Below are positions 18,010 to 34,369 of a stretch of 64,000 nt of DNA, in pieces. Each line of letters opens with the position of its first letter. The stretch's first letter is position 1. A model generated the notes under the pieces. The model was not told the origin of the DNA. It saw only the letters and a list, made by a program, of their open reading frames with translations, and searched no databases. Origin of the DNA: the human T2T-CHM13v2.0 reference genome, Homo sapiens; the NCBI RefSeq assembly GCF_009914755.1, contig NC_060930.1; one strand, given 5' to 3'. Both the position numbers and the translations under genes were made by a program.

Positions 18010-18300
18010 AAAAAATTTTTAGGAGACAAGGCCTGGCTCTGTGACCCAGGCTGGAGTGCAGTGATACCATCATGGCTCACTGAAGCCTTGACCTCCTAGG
18101 CTCAGGCAGTTCTCCTGCCTCTGCCTCCTGAGTAGTTGGGACTTTAGGTGCCACCATGCCCAGCTAATTTTTAAAATCTTTATAGAGATAGAATTTCACT
18201 GTGTTGCCTAAGCTGATCTTGAACTCCTGGCCTCAAGTGATCCTCCTGCCTTGGCCTCCCAAAGCGTTGGGATTATAGGCATGAGCCACTGCGCCCAACC
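18010..18300 (-). mobile_element. AluJ
   Basis: Antisense diverged Alu. Confidence 0.88.
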
Positions 18301-18751
18301 ATATCAGTTTTGCAGTGCTGTGTTGTATAATCCTAGTGACCTTTTAGAATAGGCTTCAAGGGCAGCAGCTGCACGGGCCTATTTCTGTTTACACTTAGCA
18401 TACCTCGGGCACATGAGCAGTACTCAAGATGATGGAGTCCCAACTTATATTTGTTTAACCTACACAGACTTAATTAAATGCATGCACACATGTACGCTTG
18501 TGCACGCACACGTTTTATATGGGTTTAAATGGTGTTGGCCATGCTACTCTGCCCTTCATTTTACCCAATGAGTGGGGTCCAGAGTAAGTCAAGGAGTCTG
18601 CTCATTCTCTTGATGGAGTTTGCTTCCCAAGGCTCACTAATGTTAAAGGACTGTATATGTCTATCTCATAACATAGCTCGTCTGCTCAAACGAACTTCTT
18701 CATCTAGTGCTCATTAGAAGAAACAACCATCTGGACCAAGATTAAAGAGAA

Positions 18752-19180
<429 letters not shown>

Positions 19181-20941
19181 ATGAAAGGGAAGACTGACCA
19201 TGTTGGAATGTGGTGCATTCCTAAGGGATATCTCTAGAGGAATATTAACTTTTAGGCCTTTTTCCCTTTACTCATTGACTCTGCAACCTCACCTCTGTGT
19301 AAGATGTATAGCTACTGTACATATTTCTTGGATGTATTGAACAGCTAATAATTGCCAGAGCCAGGGCACAAATTGATCTCTTCTTTCTTCTAATCCAGTC
19401 CTCTGTCTCCTGTCCACAATGCAATGTATAGAATCGATCTTTTCTGGAAGTTGTTACTGAGAAAGGCAGATAGGGTTAAAAGTGCTAGCAAGAGAATTAT
19501 CAAAGACGGAAGCCAGCAAAATTTATCATGGAGTTTTGACTTTGCCCTCGAACTCTCAGCCGAAACCTCAAGATAATGAAAAGGTGATCACTTTGCCAAT
19601 GATAAATGGATTTTATAATCCCTCACTGAGAAAGTTGAATGTAAATGAAGAGCTCTGTTCTTTTCATCTTCTTGCTTACTGACTATTGAAATGAGACTTA
19701 GCTATCGGTGGAATTTTGGAGCTACTATTCTCAGTGAAATTCAGAATTCGAGAAATGTTTTCAGGAAACATCCTCCTCAGTTCTTGCCTCAGTTTACTTC
19801 GTGGCTCTTGCAGTTCTTTCCCCCTTTGTGATCTCATTTACATCTGCAGTTTCTCACCACCACCTCAGTACTGACCATTCACTTCCCTGTAGTGAGCTCC
19901 CAGGCCTTCTGCCACATCTCCTTGTCTTTTGGATATCTCTTCTCGAAGCTTCCACGAGTGCCTGCTGACATCTCCCTACTCCCCACACACCCAGCTTTCC
20001 ACTCACAGTCTCTGTGGTATGGCCATCCTTCAAGTCAGCCAACTTCCCCACTTCTGGTACCCCAGGATCCAGCCAGCACATTCCATACGTTTTGTCTGTG
20101 AGAGTTTTCTAGCAAGTTCTACCCTTCCTGTTTTCATCATTACTGTTCTTAACTCTGGCCCATCACACCTGTCAAGCAGACTATTGTCGGACCCACTCCA
20201 AGTGGTCTCTCTGGCCCGAGTCTCCCTCTTCAAACCATTCTAACACTCTTAACATATTTTGCTTCTTAAGACATAGCTCTAAGAAAAACGTTTTCTCAAT
20301 TCCAAAAGCTTCAGTGAGTGTCAACAACTTATTGAATTATTCAGTATAGACATCTCAACATGGCAGGTTGGATGTCAAAATCTCCCTGTTGGAGATCCCC
20401 TCAGTATTACCTGTGTTACCCCACCGTCAACTCCCATTGCTGCCTTCCCTGAAAGGAACCCTTCAGAAAAACTACCATGCCTGTAATCCTGCCATAGGTC
20501 CTTTTCTTCATGTCACCCTCTCTGTTTGTGCCATTGCCTTCCATCTCTCCATTTAAATAATGGCCTTGTTTAATGGTATGTCATTCAATGGTAACACATC
20601 ATGTCATTGGTGTGTCATTTAGGAAGCTTTTTCTGATCTTATTTTTTCCCAATTTTATACCTTTATAAACCTCTGTTGTAATGCTTTTATGTCATTCTAG
20701 AATCTCTGCATTATCATTATTAATGTGAATATCGTATTACCGCGACTAGACTATAATGTCTTTGAGGTCTTTTGTATTTTTGGCAGTCCAGCATAGTGAG
20801 CATTCAGTGGGCTGACAGGAAATATTTATTGAATTCAGTCAAATGGAAATAATTTTAGGATGTTGGTGCCCCTCAGCACTGCTGCCTAGTCAACTTCAAA
20901 TCATTACCACTTGCATCACCCCCTGCCACCCACTCCCCCCG

Positions 20942-20942
<1 letters not shown>

Positions 20943-21005
<63 letters not shown>
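20943..21005. repeat. (CA)n microsatellite
   Basis: About 31 perfect units. Confidence 0.97.
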
Positions 21006-21008
<3 letters not shown>

Positions 21009-21063
21009 AGGTAATTTTGCCAAATCCTGAAGGGTCAACTTCAAACAGTATCTTTCAGCCATG

Positions 21064-21963
21064 TTTTCTGAGACAGGGTCTCACTCCATCTACCAGGCTG
21101 GATTGCAGTGTGTGATCTTGGCTCACCGCAGCCTCAAACTCCTGGGCTCAAGCTGTTCTCCCACCTCAGCCTCCCAAGTAGCTGGGATTATAAGCATGAG
21201 CCACTGCACCTGGCCCATGTTCAATTTTTCTTTGACGTTTCCTAAATGCTCCTCTGTTCTTGGGCAACAGCAATGAGACAGTTCTCTTCCACTCAGTTTT
21301 TCCAAAGCATCCTGCTTATTTTGGGAATGCTTCTCATGCTGAGCCCAGCCTGGGGGCAGCATCTGCTCCAGACAGGCTGTTCTTCAACCCAAGGTCCAAC
21401 CACCATCATAGTGGACCATTTGCAGTCTCAGCTATGCCCTAAGCAAAAATATGTTAACTGCTCTTCTAACTAACCATTTCTCAGTGTAGTTTTTCCATGC
21501 TAGGACTACTCATAAACCTGTCTTTCTCTTACCCTCTGAGCTCATATGGATTTCTTCCTTCCTTCCTTCCTTCCTTCCTTTCTCTTTCTTTCTCTTTCTT
21601 TCTTTCTTTCTCTTTCTTTTTCTTTCTTTCCTTCCTTCCTTTTTCCTTCCTTCCTTTCTCTCTCTCTTCCTTCCTTCCTTCTTCCTTCCTTCCTTTCTTT
21701 CTCTCTTTCTTTCTTCCTGACAGGGTTGCACTCTGTCACCCAGGCTGGAGTGCATGGCGTGATCACGGCTCACAGCAGCCTCAACCTACCAGGCTCATGC
21801 GTTCCTCCCATGCACCACCATGCCCAGCTAATTTTGTAATTTTTGTAGATATGGGGTTTTGCCATGTTACTCAGGCTGGTCTTGAACTCCTGGACTCAAG
21901 TGATCCACCTGTCTCAGCCTCCCAAAGTGTCGGGATTACAGGCATTAGCCACGGCACCCAGCA
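21064..21963 (-). mobile_element. FLAM (21064-21216) and AluJ (21718-21963) with a CT-rich expanded tail
   Basis: Antisense monomer and dimer. Confidence 0.82.
21551..21717. repeat. (CTTC/CTTT)n polypyrimidine tract derived from an Alu tail
   Basis: Direct reading. Confidence 0.92.
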
Positions 21964-23064
21964 TGTGGCATTCTTTCTTAAGTGCTTCTAGACAAAGCAA
22001 TAAGTGGCAGAAGGCTTTCCCCAAATCCATTTACCTTGTGTCTCCTTTTGACACCACATTTCTGGAGAATGGATGGATGGGAGTTGGGCTTTCGAAACTT
22101 TGCCCTTCAGCTCTGTACTTTTGTGAAATGTATTCTCCCATAATCTTCCTCCTCAGCCAGGTTTAAAAGATCAGAACTTAACTGTGAAAATATTGGAGGA
22201 TACAACTTCAGTCTTTCCCGAGTAAGCTGGAGATACTCATGTCATACTGATAAATTTAGCTTCGTGCTACCATCAGCCCTCTCTTCTGGACATTTCCTGG
22301 TTCATTTTCTTTCTAGCCATCTCCTTCCTTAGACCCAATCTTCACATAACTCTTCCTTCACTGAAAATCTAATTCTGCACTTGGTCCAAGTCTGAGCTCC
22401 TCCTTCAAGCTCTTTGGGGGGCCTACTGAAAAAGGCCCTCCTGCCTTAGAGTCCAAATCCCCTCTTGTGTCCTATGTGAAAACTACTGTCCCCAAGACCC
22501 TGAAGTCCTTGCTATGTTTTGGGCCATGTCCTAGAGAGGCTGAACTTGTCTCTGTCTGGTTTCTTCTCTCCCAGGATTTTGGTCTGTTGGAGTTAACCGG
22601 CTTCCTCCCCACTTCTAAGCCTTCTAGATTTATCTCTGGTCCATTATCCTACCACTTTATGGACTTTCTTTGTCAGGTACTCAGTCTAAACCAAGCCTCT
22701 CAGGTACAGTTTTCCCATAAAAACAGCCTCCTCTTTATTCTATGCTGAATCTAAAGTAATGACAGCGTTTAGAACCACAAGCGGCCTTAGAGAACATCCT
22801 CTAATCCTAGTTATACAAATTTGGAGATTGTGAGCCAGAGAGATCAAGTGGCTGGCTGATTGTCCTGCTCCTTAAAATGAGTTTACATTTTTTAGCCTCA
22901 CTGCCTATTTCTTATAAAGCTTAGAATGAGCATTCCATCCCTACAATCCCATATGTTTCTATTAATCCCACCCCATACGGAAAGAAGATCTCTCAAGTTA
23001 CACGTGGTATAGAGGGAAGGGAGTTTAGAAACTGTAATGCTATAGTAGAAATTATGATGATGAT

Positions 23065-23381
23065 CATGATAATTATTATTATTATTATTTTTTGAGACAG
23101 AGTCCCGCTCTTGTTACCCAGGCTGGATGGAGTGCAATGGTGCAATCTTAGCTCACTGCAACCTCCGCCTCCCAGGTTCAAGCAATTCTCCCTGCCTCAG
23201 CCTCCCGAGTAACTAGGATTACAGGCGCCTACCAATATGCCCGGCAAATTTTTGTATTTTTAGTAGAGATGGGGTTTCACCATGTTGGCCGGACTGGTCT
23301 TGAACTCCTGACCTCAGGTGACCCACCCACCTCAGCCTCCCAAAGTGCTGGGATTACAGGTGTGTGCCACCGCACCAAGCC
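23065..23381 (-). mobile_element. AluS
   Basis: Antisense Alu with TSD CTATAGTAGAAATTAT. Confidence 0.92.
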
Positions 23382-23757
23382 CTATAGTAGAAATTATTAT
23401 CTCTTCATGTTCTCCCATTATTGTTTGTTACTAAAACCTTCCTATATCCACTGGAAAACATCTGTGTAGTTGGTATAATTTAAATGCATTCTTTTGGGTT
23501 CACTGTAAAGCCATCCCATGAATATTAATCACTTGTCCCCATGCCTCAGTGGTTCACGGAAATGTGAAGAAGGATCACGCAGAGATTTTCTGCACTATAG
23601 ACTTAGTGATGATTTGCACGCCTGCCCCCTCCACACCCCCTGAGATAATGATTTGAATGTTTCTTTTCCTTTCACACTGATAGTTATTGTATGTCCCTAA
23701 TCAGTAATACCTTCAGTAGTAATTGTCTATCTGGGAGTGGTTAGGACTGATGCTATC

Positions 23758-23869
23758 TAGAGTGAACAATTCTCCCTGGTCTGCCAAAGCTTCTCTAGCT
23801 CTAGTACTGAAATCCCGTGTTCTGGGAAACCCCTCAGCTCTGGGCAAGCCGGGACAGTTGGTCACCCTG
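23758..23869 (+). mobile_element. MER81 hAT MITE
   Basis: TAGAGTGAACAA...GTACTGAAATCCCGTGTTCTGGGAAACCCCTCAG...GGGACAGTTGGTCACCCTG. Confidence 0.75.
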
Positions 23870-24170
23870 AGCACCTCCCACCCCATTCCTGCTCACCTTT
23901 CCATGTCAGGATGAAGAATTCAGTGCCCAAAATATTTATGTTCCGCAGAACTGCACTGATCAATAACCTGGAAAAAAAATGATCCTTGAAACCACTCATT
24001 TATGTAGGTTACAACATATTGAAGGGTAAAAATCAAAGCTACAATATTAGCCCTGAAGACCCCAACCAAAGTGAACCTGGACTGGACCTATTCCATTTAT
24101 AACGCTTTTCGCATTGTTTTTGAGGAGAGAGTATAGAGTTTAAGGATGTCATCTAAAAGGATAGATGGCA

Positions 24171-24495
24171 GGCCGGGCGCGGTGGCTCACGCCTGTAATC
24201 CCAGCACTTTGGGAGGTCAAGGAGGCCAAGGCAGGCGGATCACGAAGTCAGGAGATCGAGACCATCCTGGCCAACATGGTGAAATCCCATCTCTACTAAA
24301 AATACAAAAAAAATTAGCCGGACCTAGTGGCGGGCGCCTGTAGTCCCAGCTACTCAGGAGGCTGAGTCAGGAGAATGGCGTGAACCCAGGAGGCGGAGCT
24401 TGCAGTGAGCTGAGATTGTGCCACTGCACTCCAGCCTGGATGACAGAGCGAGACTCCGTCTCAAAAAAAAATAAAAATAAAAATAAAAAATAAAA
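24171..24495 (+). mobile_element. AluY/Sc-like with a small internal duplication
   Basis: GGAGATCGAGACCATCCTGG and GAATGGCGTGAACCC; TSD TAAAAGGATAGATGGC. Confidence 0.9.
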
Positions 24496-26424
24496 GGATA
24501 GATGGCTAAATATAAAATGTGAACTTAAAACTATGTTACCCAGTGAGAGCATCAAATGCAAAAATTGTCTCCAGTTAGGTACAAACACAGGATGTATCTT
24601 GGAGGCAAATTTATTCCTGATTTAATTTCTAGGAAAGCAGAAGAAACGTCTGCTTTTTGGGATCTATCCAAGCCCTCTGCCCTAACAAACTGTCTAAACT
24701 CAGGCAAATGGCCGGCTCTGTGGGAAAGGAGCTAGTATAAGAGTGGATTGAATAAACTGAAAATGAGTCCAGAATTTAATAAGGCTATTAAAATTAGAAG
24801 TTGCAAGAAATCACTGCCTATCTCTATTTTAAGACTTTTGTTTCCATTTATTTGAAAGTGTTCGGAAGATATAAAGGATGGGATGTTCTAGATATGGATC
24901 ATCTCTGGCAGCAGCTGGATTGTCAAATAGTGTCTCTTGGAACTTCTCAACTTCTTTTTCCTCGGATGCGACATTCGGAATCAGAGAAAAGTTGTTGTGC
25001 AGAAAGACAAATAGTTACCTACGCTGTTCCTTGAAACTTAACAGAATATAGTCAAAGATAAAGTTTTCATTTGTGGGTTTTATTGTTGTTGTTGTTGTTA
25101 TCTTTGCTTGGGCATTTAGTGTTAACAGCTGGGCAGTTAACACCAGAAGGGAAAGAAATTTTGTCTCCCAGTGGGGTTGCTAGGGAAGTAGAGAAAAGCA
25201 GTGTGTCCCTGGAAGAGCAAGGTAAGTTGGGGTGGGGGCAGGTAGTGTCACAGACAGAGAAGCCATAGCAAGCTTCTTCGATTTACTTTCCACCACTTGG
25301 ATAGGCTTTCTACTACTGCCTTTTAAAAATTGGAAAGCTAAGGCACAGTAATTTTTAGAAGCTTTCTCAGGGACCCTTAGCAAACAGCAGGGCCAGGTTT
25401 AAATGTGGTCTTCAGCTGAAAAGCAGTGGTCTTCACCACCATGCCGCATATTGACCCCATCGTTAGCTTTTTGCAGGTGCACCAGCAGGCCAGCTCACTG
25501 GAGTAACCAAGTCAGATGCAGTGTCAAAGCCCAGGCTGCAATTGGGAATGAAAGGCAGTTCCCCCACACTGGGCTGAGACTGCCCGTGACAATGGTGGCC
25601 TTGAGGGCTTCTGCCTATGCTTAGGGATATTTCAGGTGGCAGAAGCACCCCTGCACACACAGCCATGCTGCTTCACTAAACCTACCCTGTAAGGTGGTCA
25701 GGGTGCTCAGGGGCCCAGATGAGCCAGGTTTGGCAACAGAGAGAAATGTCTTGAGATTTGTCACGTACTAATTACATGCAAGGCATTGTTCTAAACTCTT
25801 TTTATATACTAGCCTACTTCAATCTCTTAAGAACCCTATGGGGTCAGCGTTCTTAATGTCTCCATTCTGTAGAAGAAGAAAGGAAACGGGGGCACGCAGA
25901 GTGGCTCTGCAGCCTGCCATAAATGGTGGCATCTGACTGCCCTGGCATATCTAGGACTGGCCAAGAGAAGCTTGTCCACTCATGGGTTCCTTGTTACCTC
26001 CACCAGAAACCAGTTTCGGTGGGCATCAGGACAACATATATGCATGTGCTTATATACCTACCAACCTCTTTAACTCTCACCGCCTTGTGAGGTAGTTTCT
26101 ATTACCTTCATTTTACAGAAAAGAAAACTGAGGCTATGAGTGTAAATTACTTGCCTACATTCTCTACAAATCCACCCCTTTGCACTGCAACCCAGATGGC
26201 ACATATAAAGGGGGTGTGGGTAGAAGGATGCTCAACATTATTATTTTCCCTCATTTCACACTTCCTCATCTGGAAAAACACAGAAATTATAGGTGATTGT
26301 AAAGATCCCAAAATTGCAAAATTTAGGATGGGGGGAGCATGATTATAATCTAGAGCAGAGATCAGTGAACTATAGACCATGGGCTAAATCTGCCTATTTT
26401 GGTACTGCCCTTGAGCCAAGAATG

Positions 26425-27950
<1,526 letters not shown>

Positions 27951-28529
27951 TGACATGAAGAGTTGTAGGAAATTCAGATTTCAGGATCCATAAAGAAGGT
28001 TTTATTAGGACACAGCCATGCATTGTTATGGCTATTTTCGCACCTCAACAGCAGGGTTGAGTTGTTGCAACAGAGACCTAGTGAATGGCCCACAGCTTTA
28101 AATACCTACTACACAGCCCTGTGCAGAAGAAACACTGATGCCTGAAGTAGAATCACATGGCAAACATATTTGCCTCACGTTATCTGAGGAAACAGTTTGG
28201 TCGTAATCGTGAGTTTCCTAGATAATTGAAGCCTTCCCTTTTGTGCACAGAATAGTTAATTAAAAAAACAAAAATCTATTCAAGGAGGCTGGAATTCAGG
28301 ATCCAGAGGAAGAAGCATTTGAGAGTGGAATGGAAAGACTTAGGGGGAGGTAGGAGGAATGGGTTGGGGAGTTCCAGGATGAGAGAGGGCTTTTCAATAG
28401 GACAGAGACAGAAAGAGATTTGGGGAGAGAGAGAGACACACACATAGAAAGAAGAACCAGGATTCAGAGATCATTGCAATCAGAAAAGAGGAAAAAGTGT
28501 TGTAAGCAGGAGCTCAGAAGCACTCAAGA

Positions 28530-28822
28530 AGCCGGATACAGTGGCTCAAGCCTGTAATCCCATCACTTTAGGAGGCCGAGGCTGGAGGATCACTTGAGGC
28601 CAAGAGTTCAAGACCAGCCTGGGCAAAATAGCTAGACTCCATGTCTAAAAATAATAACAATAATAATAATAATAATAAAATTAGCCAAGTGCCTGTAGTC
28701 TCAGCTACAGGAGGCTGAAGTGGAAGAATCTCTTGAGCTCAGGAGTTCAAGGCTGCAGTGAGCTATGCTCTCACCGTTGCACTCCAGCCTGGGTGATAGA
28801 GCGAGATCTCATCTTTAAAAAA
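28530..28822 (+). mobile_element. AluJ
   Basis: Sense Alu; flanks share AGAAGCACTCA. Confidence 0.88.
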
Positions 28823-29266
28823 TTAAATGAAAATGAAAAATAGAAAAGAAGCACTCAGGAGGCTGGTGAGAATTGGGCGTGTGTGACTTTGGCCTAGCAA
28901 CTTTACCTCCCTGAGGCTTTCTTGCACATCAAATGGAGAGAAATCACACCTCGCCCAAGGGGGCTGCTGTGCAGTGTGAGGGGGGAGGTGACAGCCATGT
29001 AGGGCAGGGGGTGGGCTCTGCACTCAGACGCCTCCCGCGGCTCCTGGAGTTGCCTCCTCTCATCCCAGGCAAGTGACTACATTCCCTACCTTCGGGAGCT
29101 CAGCCACAAAGTGAGCAGAGTGGGATCTGTCACCCTGGGAAATTGGCAAGATGCTACCTCCTTCCTGATAGGTCACCGAGCAGTCTGCCCAGAGCCCCAG
29201 GAGCAGAAGTGCTCATGGGCCAAGTTAAGGGGCTCGAATTCCATGGTTCCATGGTTTGTTGAATGC

Positions 29267-29578
29267 GTTTATTTTTTATTTTATTTTATTTTTTTGAGAT
29301 AGAATTTCACTCTTTTTGCCCAGGCTGGAGTGCAATGGCATGATCTCGGCTCCCTGAAACCTTCGCCTCCTGGGTTCAAGTGATTCTCCTACCACAGCCT
29401 CCCGAGTAGCTGGGATTACAGGCGTCTGCCACCATGCCCAGTTAATTTTTGCATTTTTAGTAGAGACGGAGTTTCACCATGTTGGCCAGGCTGGTCTTGA
29501 ACTCCTGTCCTCTGGTGATCCACCTGCCTCAGCCTCCCAAAGTGCTGGAATTACAGGCGTGAGCTGCTGCACCCGGCC
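29267..29578 (-). mobile_element. AluS
   Basis: Antisense dimer. Confidence 0.92.
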
Positions 29579-29846
29579 TATTGAATCCATTTAAAGCAAA
29601 CGCCAGGTCATTGTTTTTGAACTTCGTGGTGGTAGGAGGTGCACCTTAAAATCAGCGCTTTGCATAACACTTATTCCTTGATTTAACCCACCACCACCAT
29701 GACCACCCCTCACTGATTCACCCAAAAGTGGGTTTATTTGTTGTCTTTTCTCTAACTTCTGTAGTTGATTGACCTCATTCAAGAAATATCTGTTGGGTAC
29801 CTCTGCTCTGCACTGCTATTTTCAGTGGTAAAGAGTAGATGAAACT

Positions 29847-30145
29847 GGCCAGGCGCATTGGCTCACGCCTGTAATCCCAGCACTTTGGGAGGCCAAGGTA
29901 GGTGGATCACTTGAGGTCAGGAGTTCGAGACCAGCCTAGCCAACGTAGTGAAACCCCGTGTCTAATAAAAACACAAAAATTAGCTGGACACATCTATAAT
30001 CCCAGCTACTCTGGAGTCTGAGGCAGGAGAATCGCTTGAATCCAGGAGGCGAAGGTTGCAGTGAGCCGAGATTGAGCCACTGCACTCCAGCCCCTGGGCA
30101 ACAGAGTGAGTGAGACTCTGTCTAAAAGTAAAAAAAAAAAAAAAA
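29847..30145 (+). mobile_element. AluS
   Basis: Sense dimer with TSD AAGAGT(A/T)GATGAA. Confidence 0.92.
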
Positions 30146-30183
30146 GAGTTGATGAAGTCCCTGTCTTCATGGAGCTTACATTC

Positions 30184-30574
<391 letters not shown>

Positions 30575-31240
30575 TTAAGATCATCACTTTTGAGCACTTG
30601 TTTAAGGCAGATATCTGGATTAACCACATTGAGGAACTGGGAGGAGGCGGAGAACTGGAAACTGTGTTAAGTAGGGGTTGACTAAACCCTGCTTCTGGTA
30701 TGAGAAAGTTAAGCTTATCTTCAGAATGGATGCTGAGGCAACATCAAACTATAGGAATTCACCACACTGCATAATTTTGTTTTAATATGAATTTCTCTGA
30801 TCTCTAGTGTGAGAAGAGTGTGTTTCTATATGTTCATTGGCCATTAGTTTTTTCTGCTTTGTGATTGTCATGTACTCTGCCTGCTTTTCTCTTTGGTTAT
30901 TTACCTTTTCTTATTAATTTATAGGCTACCTCTTCACAAGAGGAATATTAACCTCTAGTCTTACAAAACTGTTGTCCCAATCTATTATTTCTGTATTCTG
31001 TGCTATTAAAAACAATGACTCAATGAAAAAACCCACTATATTAAATAAATATATTTCAGAAATGCATTTTTAAATAGAATGTGCAGAATATATGTATAAC
31101 ATGTCTATTAATCCATTTCTATTTGTTTCACTAAATGTTTGTATTCTGCTTATATTCAAAGAAAGCTAGGTTGGCCTGTTTTCTTCACAGCTTTCAAGTC
31201 CTTTCATAGACATTAACTTGTTTGATCTCTATAAGTACTA

Positions 31241-31673
<433 letters not shown>

Positions 31674-32984
31674 TTACTTCACCTACTGCTGTCGGCAGGG
31701 GACCTGAGCCTGCCAGTTTTGTTTCCCTGTTCTAATTTGTGACTTTGCATCTGCTTAGCTATAAGAACATTTTATGATCGTGTCTAAACTAAGATTTAAC
31801 AGGCTAAGCCTCAGAGGGATTTAAAGGATGTAAGCTTTGATGCTTAAACCAAAGAAGACAAAACTGGCATCCTGAGGGCCAAATGCCATCCTTAGGGGTA
31901 AGTTTGAGAGTTTTTCTGATAAAATTCAGGTTTCTCACTTCTCTGAATACACTGGAAAAGCTGGCAGCCCTGGGCTCATGATCCCCTGTGGCATTAATTG
32001 CCAGGGGTCAGGGGGGTGGGGAGGGATGCAGGCTCTCTCATTCCCAGCAGCCCCCACCCAATCCTCCTCAATGTCTGCTGCCCTCTGTGAACTCACCGGC
32101 CCTGCTCGTCTGACCCTTCACCAGCTTCCCGCACTGTGCCTTACCTGCCTGTAGGCATTTGAGTGCCTGAATCCGTCCTACAATGTGTGATGATTATTTT
32201 GGTTGCTTGGAGATCTGTTTTTGCTTAATTCCTGCATCTCGCTTGTGGCCAAAGAGTTTGAGGTTGCCAGCCAGGCACAACTAAAGCCTTAGACACAGAT
32301 GAAGATGGAGTGGTCTTGGTGGAGATGAGAGGACTCATCAAAAAGCATTGCCTTAAAAAAAAAAAAGATTCAATAGCCACTCATTCTGCAGAGGGTGATG
32401 AAGAACGGCAAGGATTTGAGAGTAGGTCCGACTCGGGTTCCAGTCCTGCCCCTCCCCTGACCGGCATCTGCCTCAGCCTTTGTAAACTCACCTGCAGTGG
32501 AAGCAGAGCTCGTGGAAGATTAATGAGAACTAACTCATTGTGAGGGAAGAGAAATCCCAGCACTGCTCAGAGGGCCCCGCAGGCAGCCCAGCCCTGGTTT
32601 TCATGTTGAGTTGAGATGATGATGTGTTGTTAGCCATAGTCCTTGTGCTGTCTTCTTGTTTGTGACCGTAAAAGTTATCCTGGGGCAGAGAGAGGTGGGA
32701 CTGATACAGAATGACCACTTAACAATTTTCAGTCTGTTGAGCCAACTAGAGTGGGCAGAGCAGAAATAATGCCCTGGTTGGAAGTTAATAGCTTTGCCTG
32801 CCCAATTATTTACTGGAAGGAAATGCCTGTTCAATATACCATTTGATATATTCAAAGATACCAAACAAAACAAACCTACTGCTAGGGCCAGCCACTCAGA
32901 AGGCATCACATGCTAGTCTCAGTCTGTTCATCTAAACCACTGTAAATAAGTCAGGACAAATGATGTACATGGTTTTGGGGTTTT

Positions 32985-33308
<324 letters not shown>

Positions 33309-33680
33309 TCATTTATTTATTTTTGGATACTGCTGTTTTGAACTATAAATCATGCTGCCACTCCCATCTGCAGACTGCTTTGGCTACATCATGTTGAAAG
33401 ATTTCTTGAGTTTGTTTTGCATTGGCACTTATCAGAGCTCCTTATTGTAGGATCAAGGCTTGAGGCAAAGAGAAGGGAAAAAACCGACTGAACCTGCAAT
33501 AGAAGACCTTTGCCTCTCTTTTCTCACTCCAACTTTCCCCTTCTGTTCTCCACAAGACCTGCCAAGGACAAATTTTACAGAAAAGGGTGTGGTTCTAGTA
33601 AGAATGAAGAGACATGAAGGCATCAAAATGGGTTATTGGATTGTTCCCTTCATACAGTCACATTTCTAGAGTGTGTGTGA

Positions 33681-34369
33681 ATATACATAATAAAATAGTA
33701 ATATATATATATACACACACTTATATGTATATATAAATATATTTATGTGTATATATATATATATCATATGTATTATATGTATATATTTAAAAATACACAT
33801 GTAATATATATTTTAAATATGCATACAAAAATATATCTCTTAAAGTACATATAAAAAACATTTATAAATGCATATATGATATATTCATATATGTATGTGT
33901 ATAAAATATTTTATATAAAATATATTTTTATATAATATATAAAATTTATTATATATATAATTATATATATTTAAATATATAAAATATATATAATATATAC
34001 TATATATTAAATATATAAATATATATAATATTACTATATATTTAATATATAGTAATATTAAATATAATATATACTATATAATATATAGTAATATTAAATA
34101 TAATATATACTATAATTTAATATTTATTATATACTATAATAAATAGTATAATATTTATTATATACTATAATTTAATATTTATTATATAATATATATAATA
34201 AATATAATATATACTATAATATATACTATAATATATAATATAATACATCATATATTATATTATACATCATATATTATATATCATGTATAATATATATCAT
34301 ATATATTTAAATATATATAAACTATATATAAAATATTTATATATTTATATAAATATATATATATTTTTT
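33681..34369. repeat. About 690-bp AT-rich (TA)n-like low-complexity tract
   Basis: Almost exclusively A/T with recurring ATATATAATATATACT units. Confidence 0.95.
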
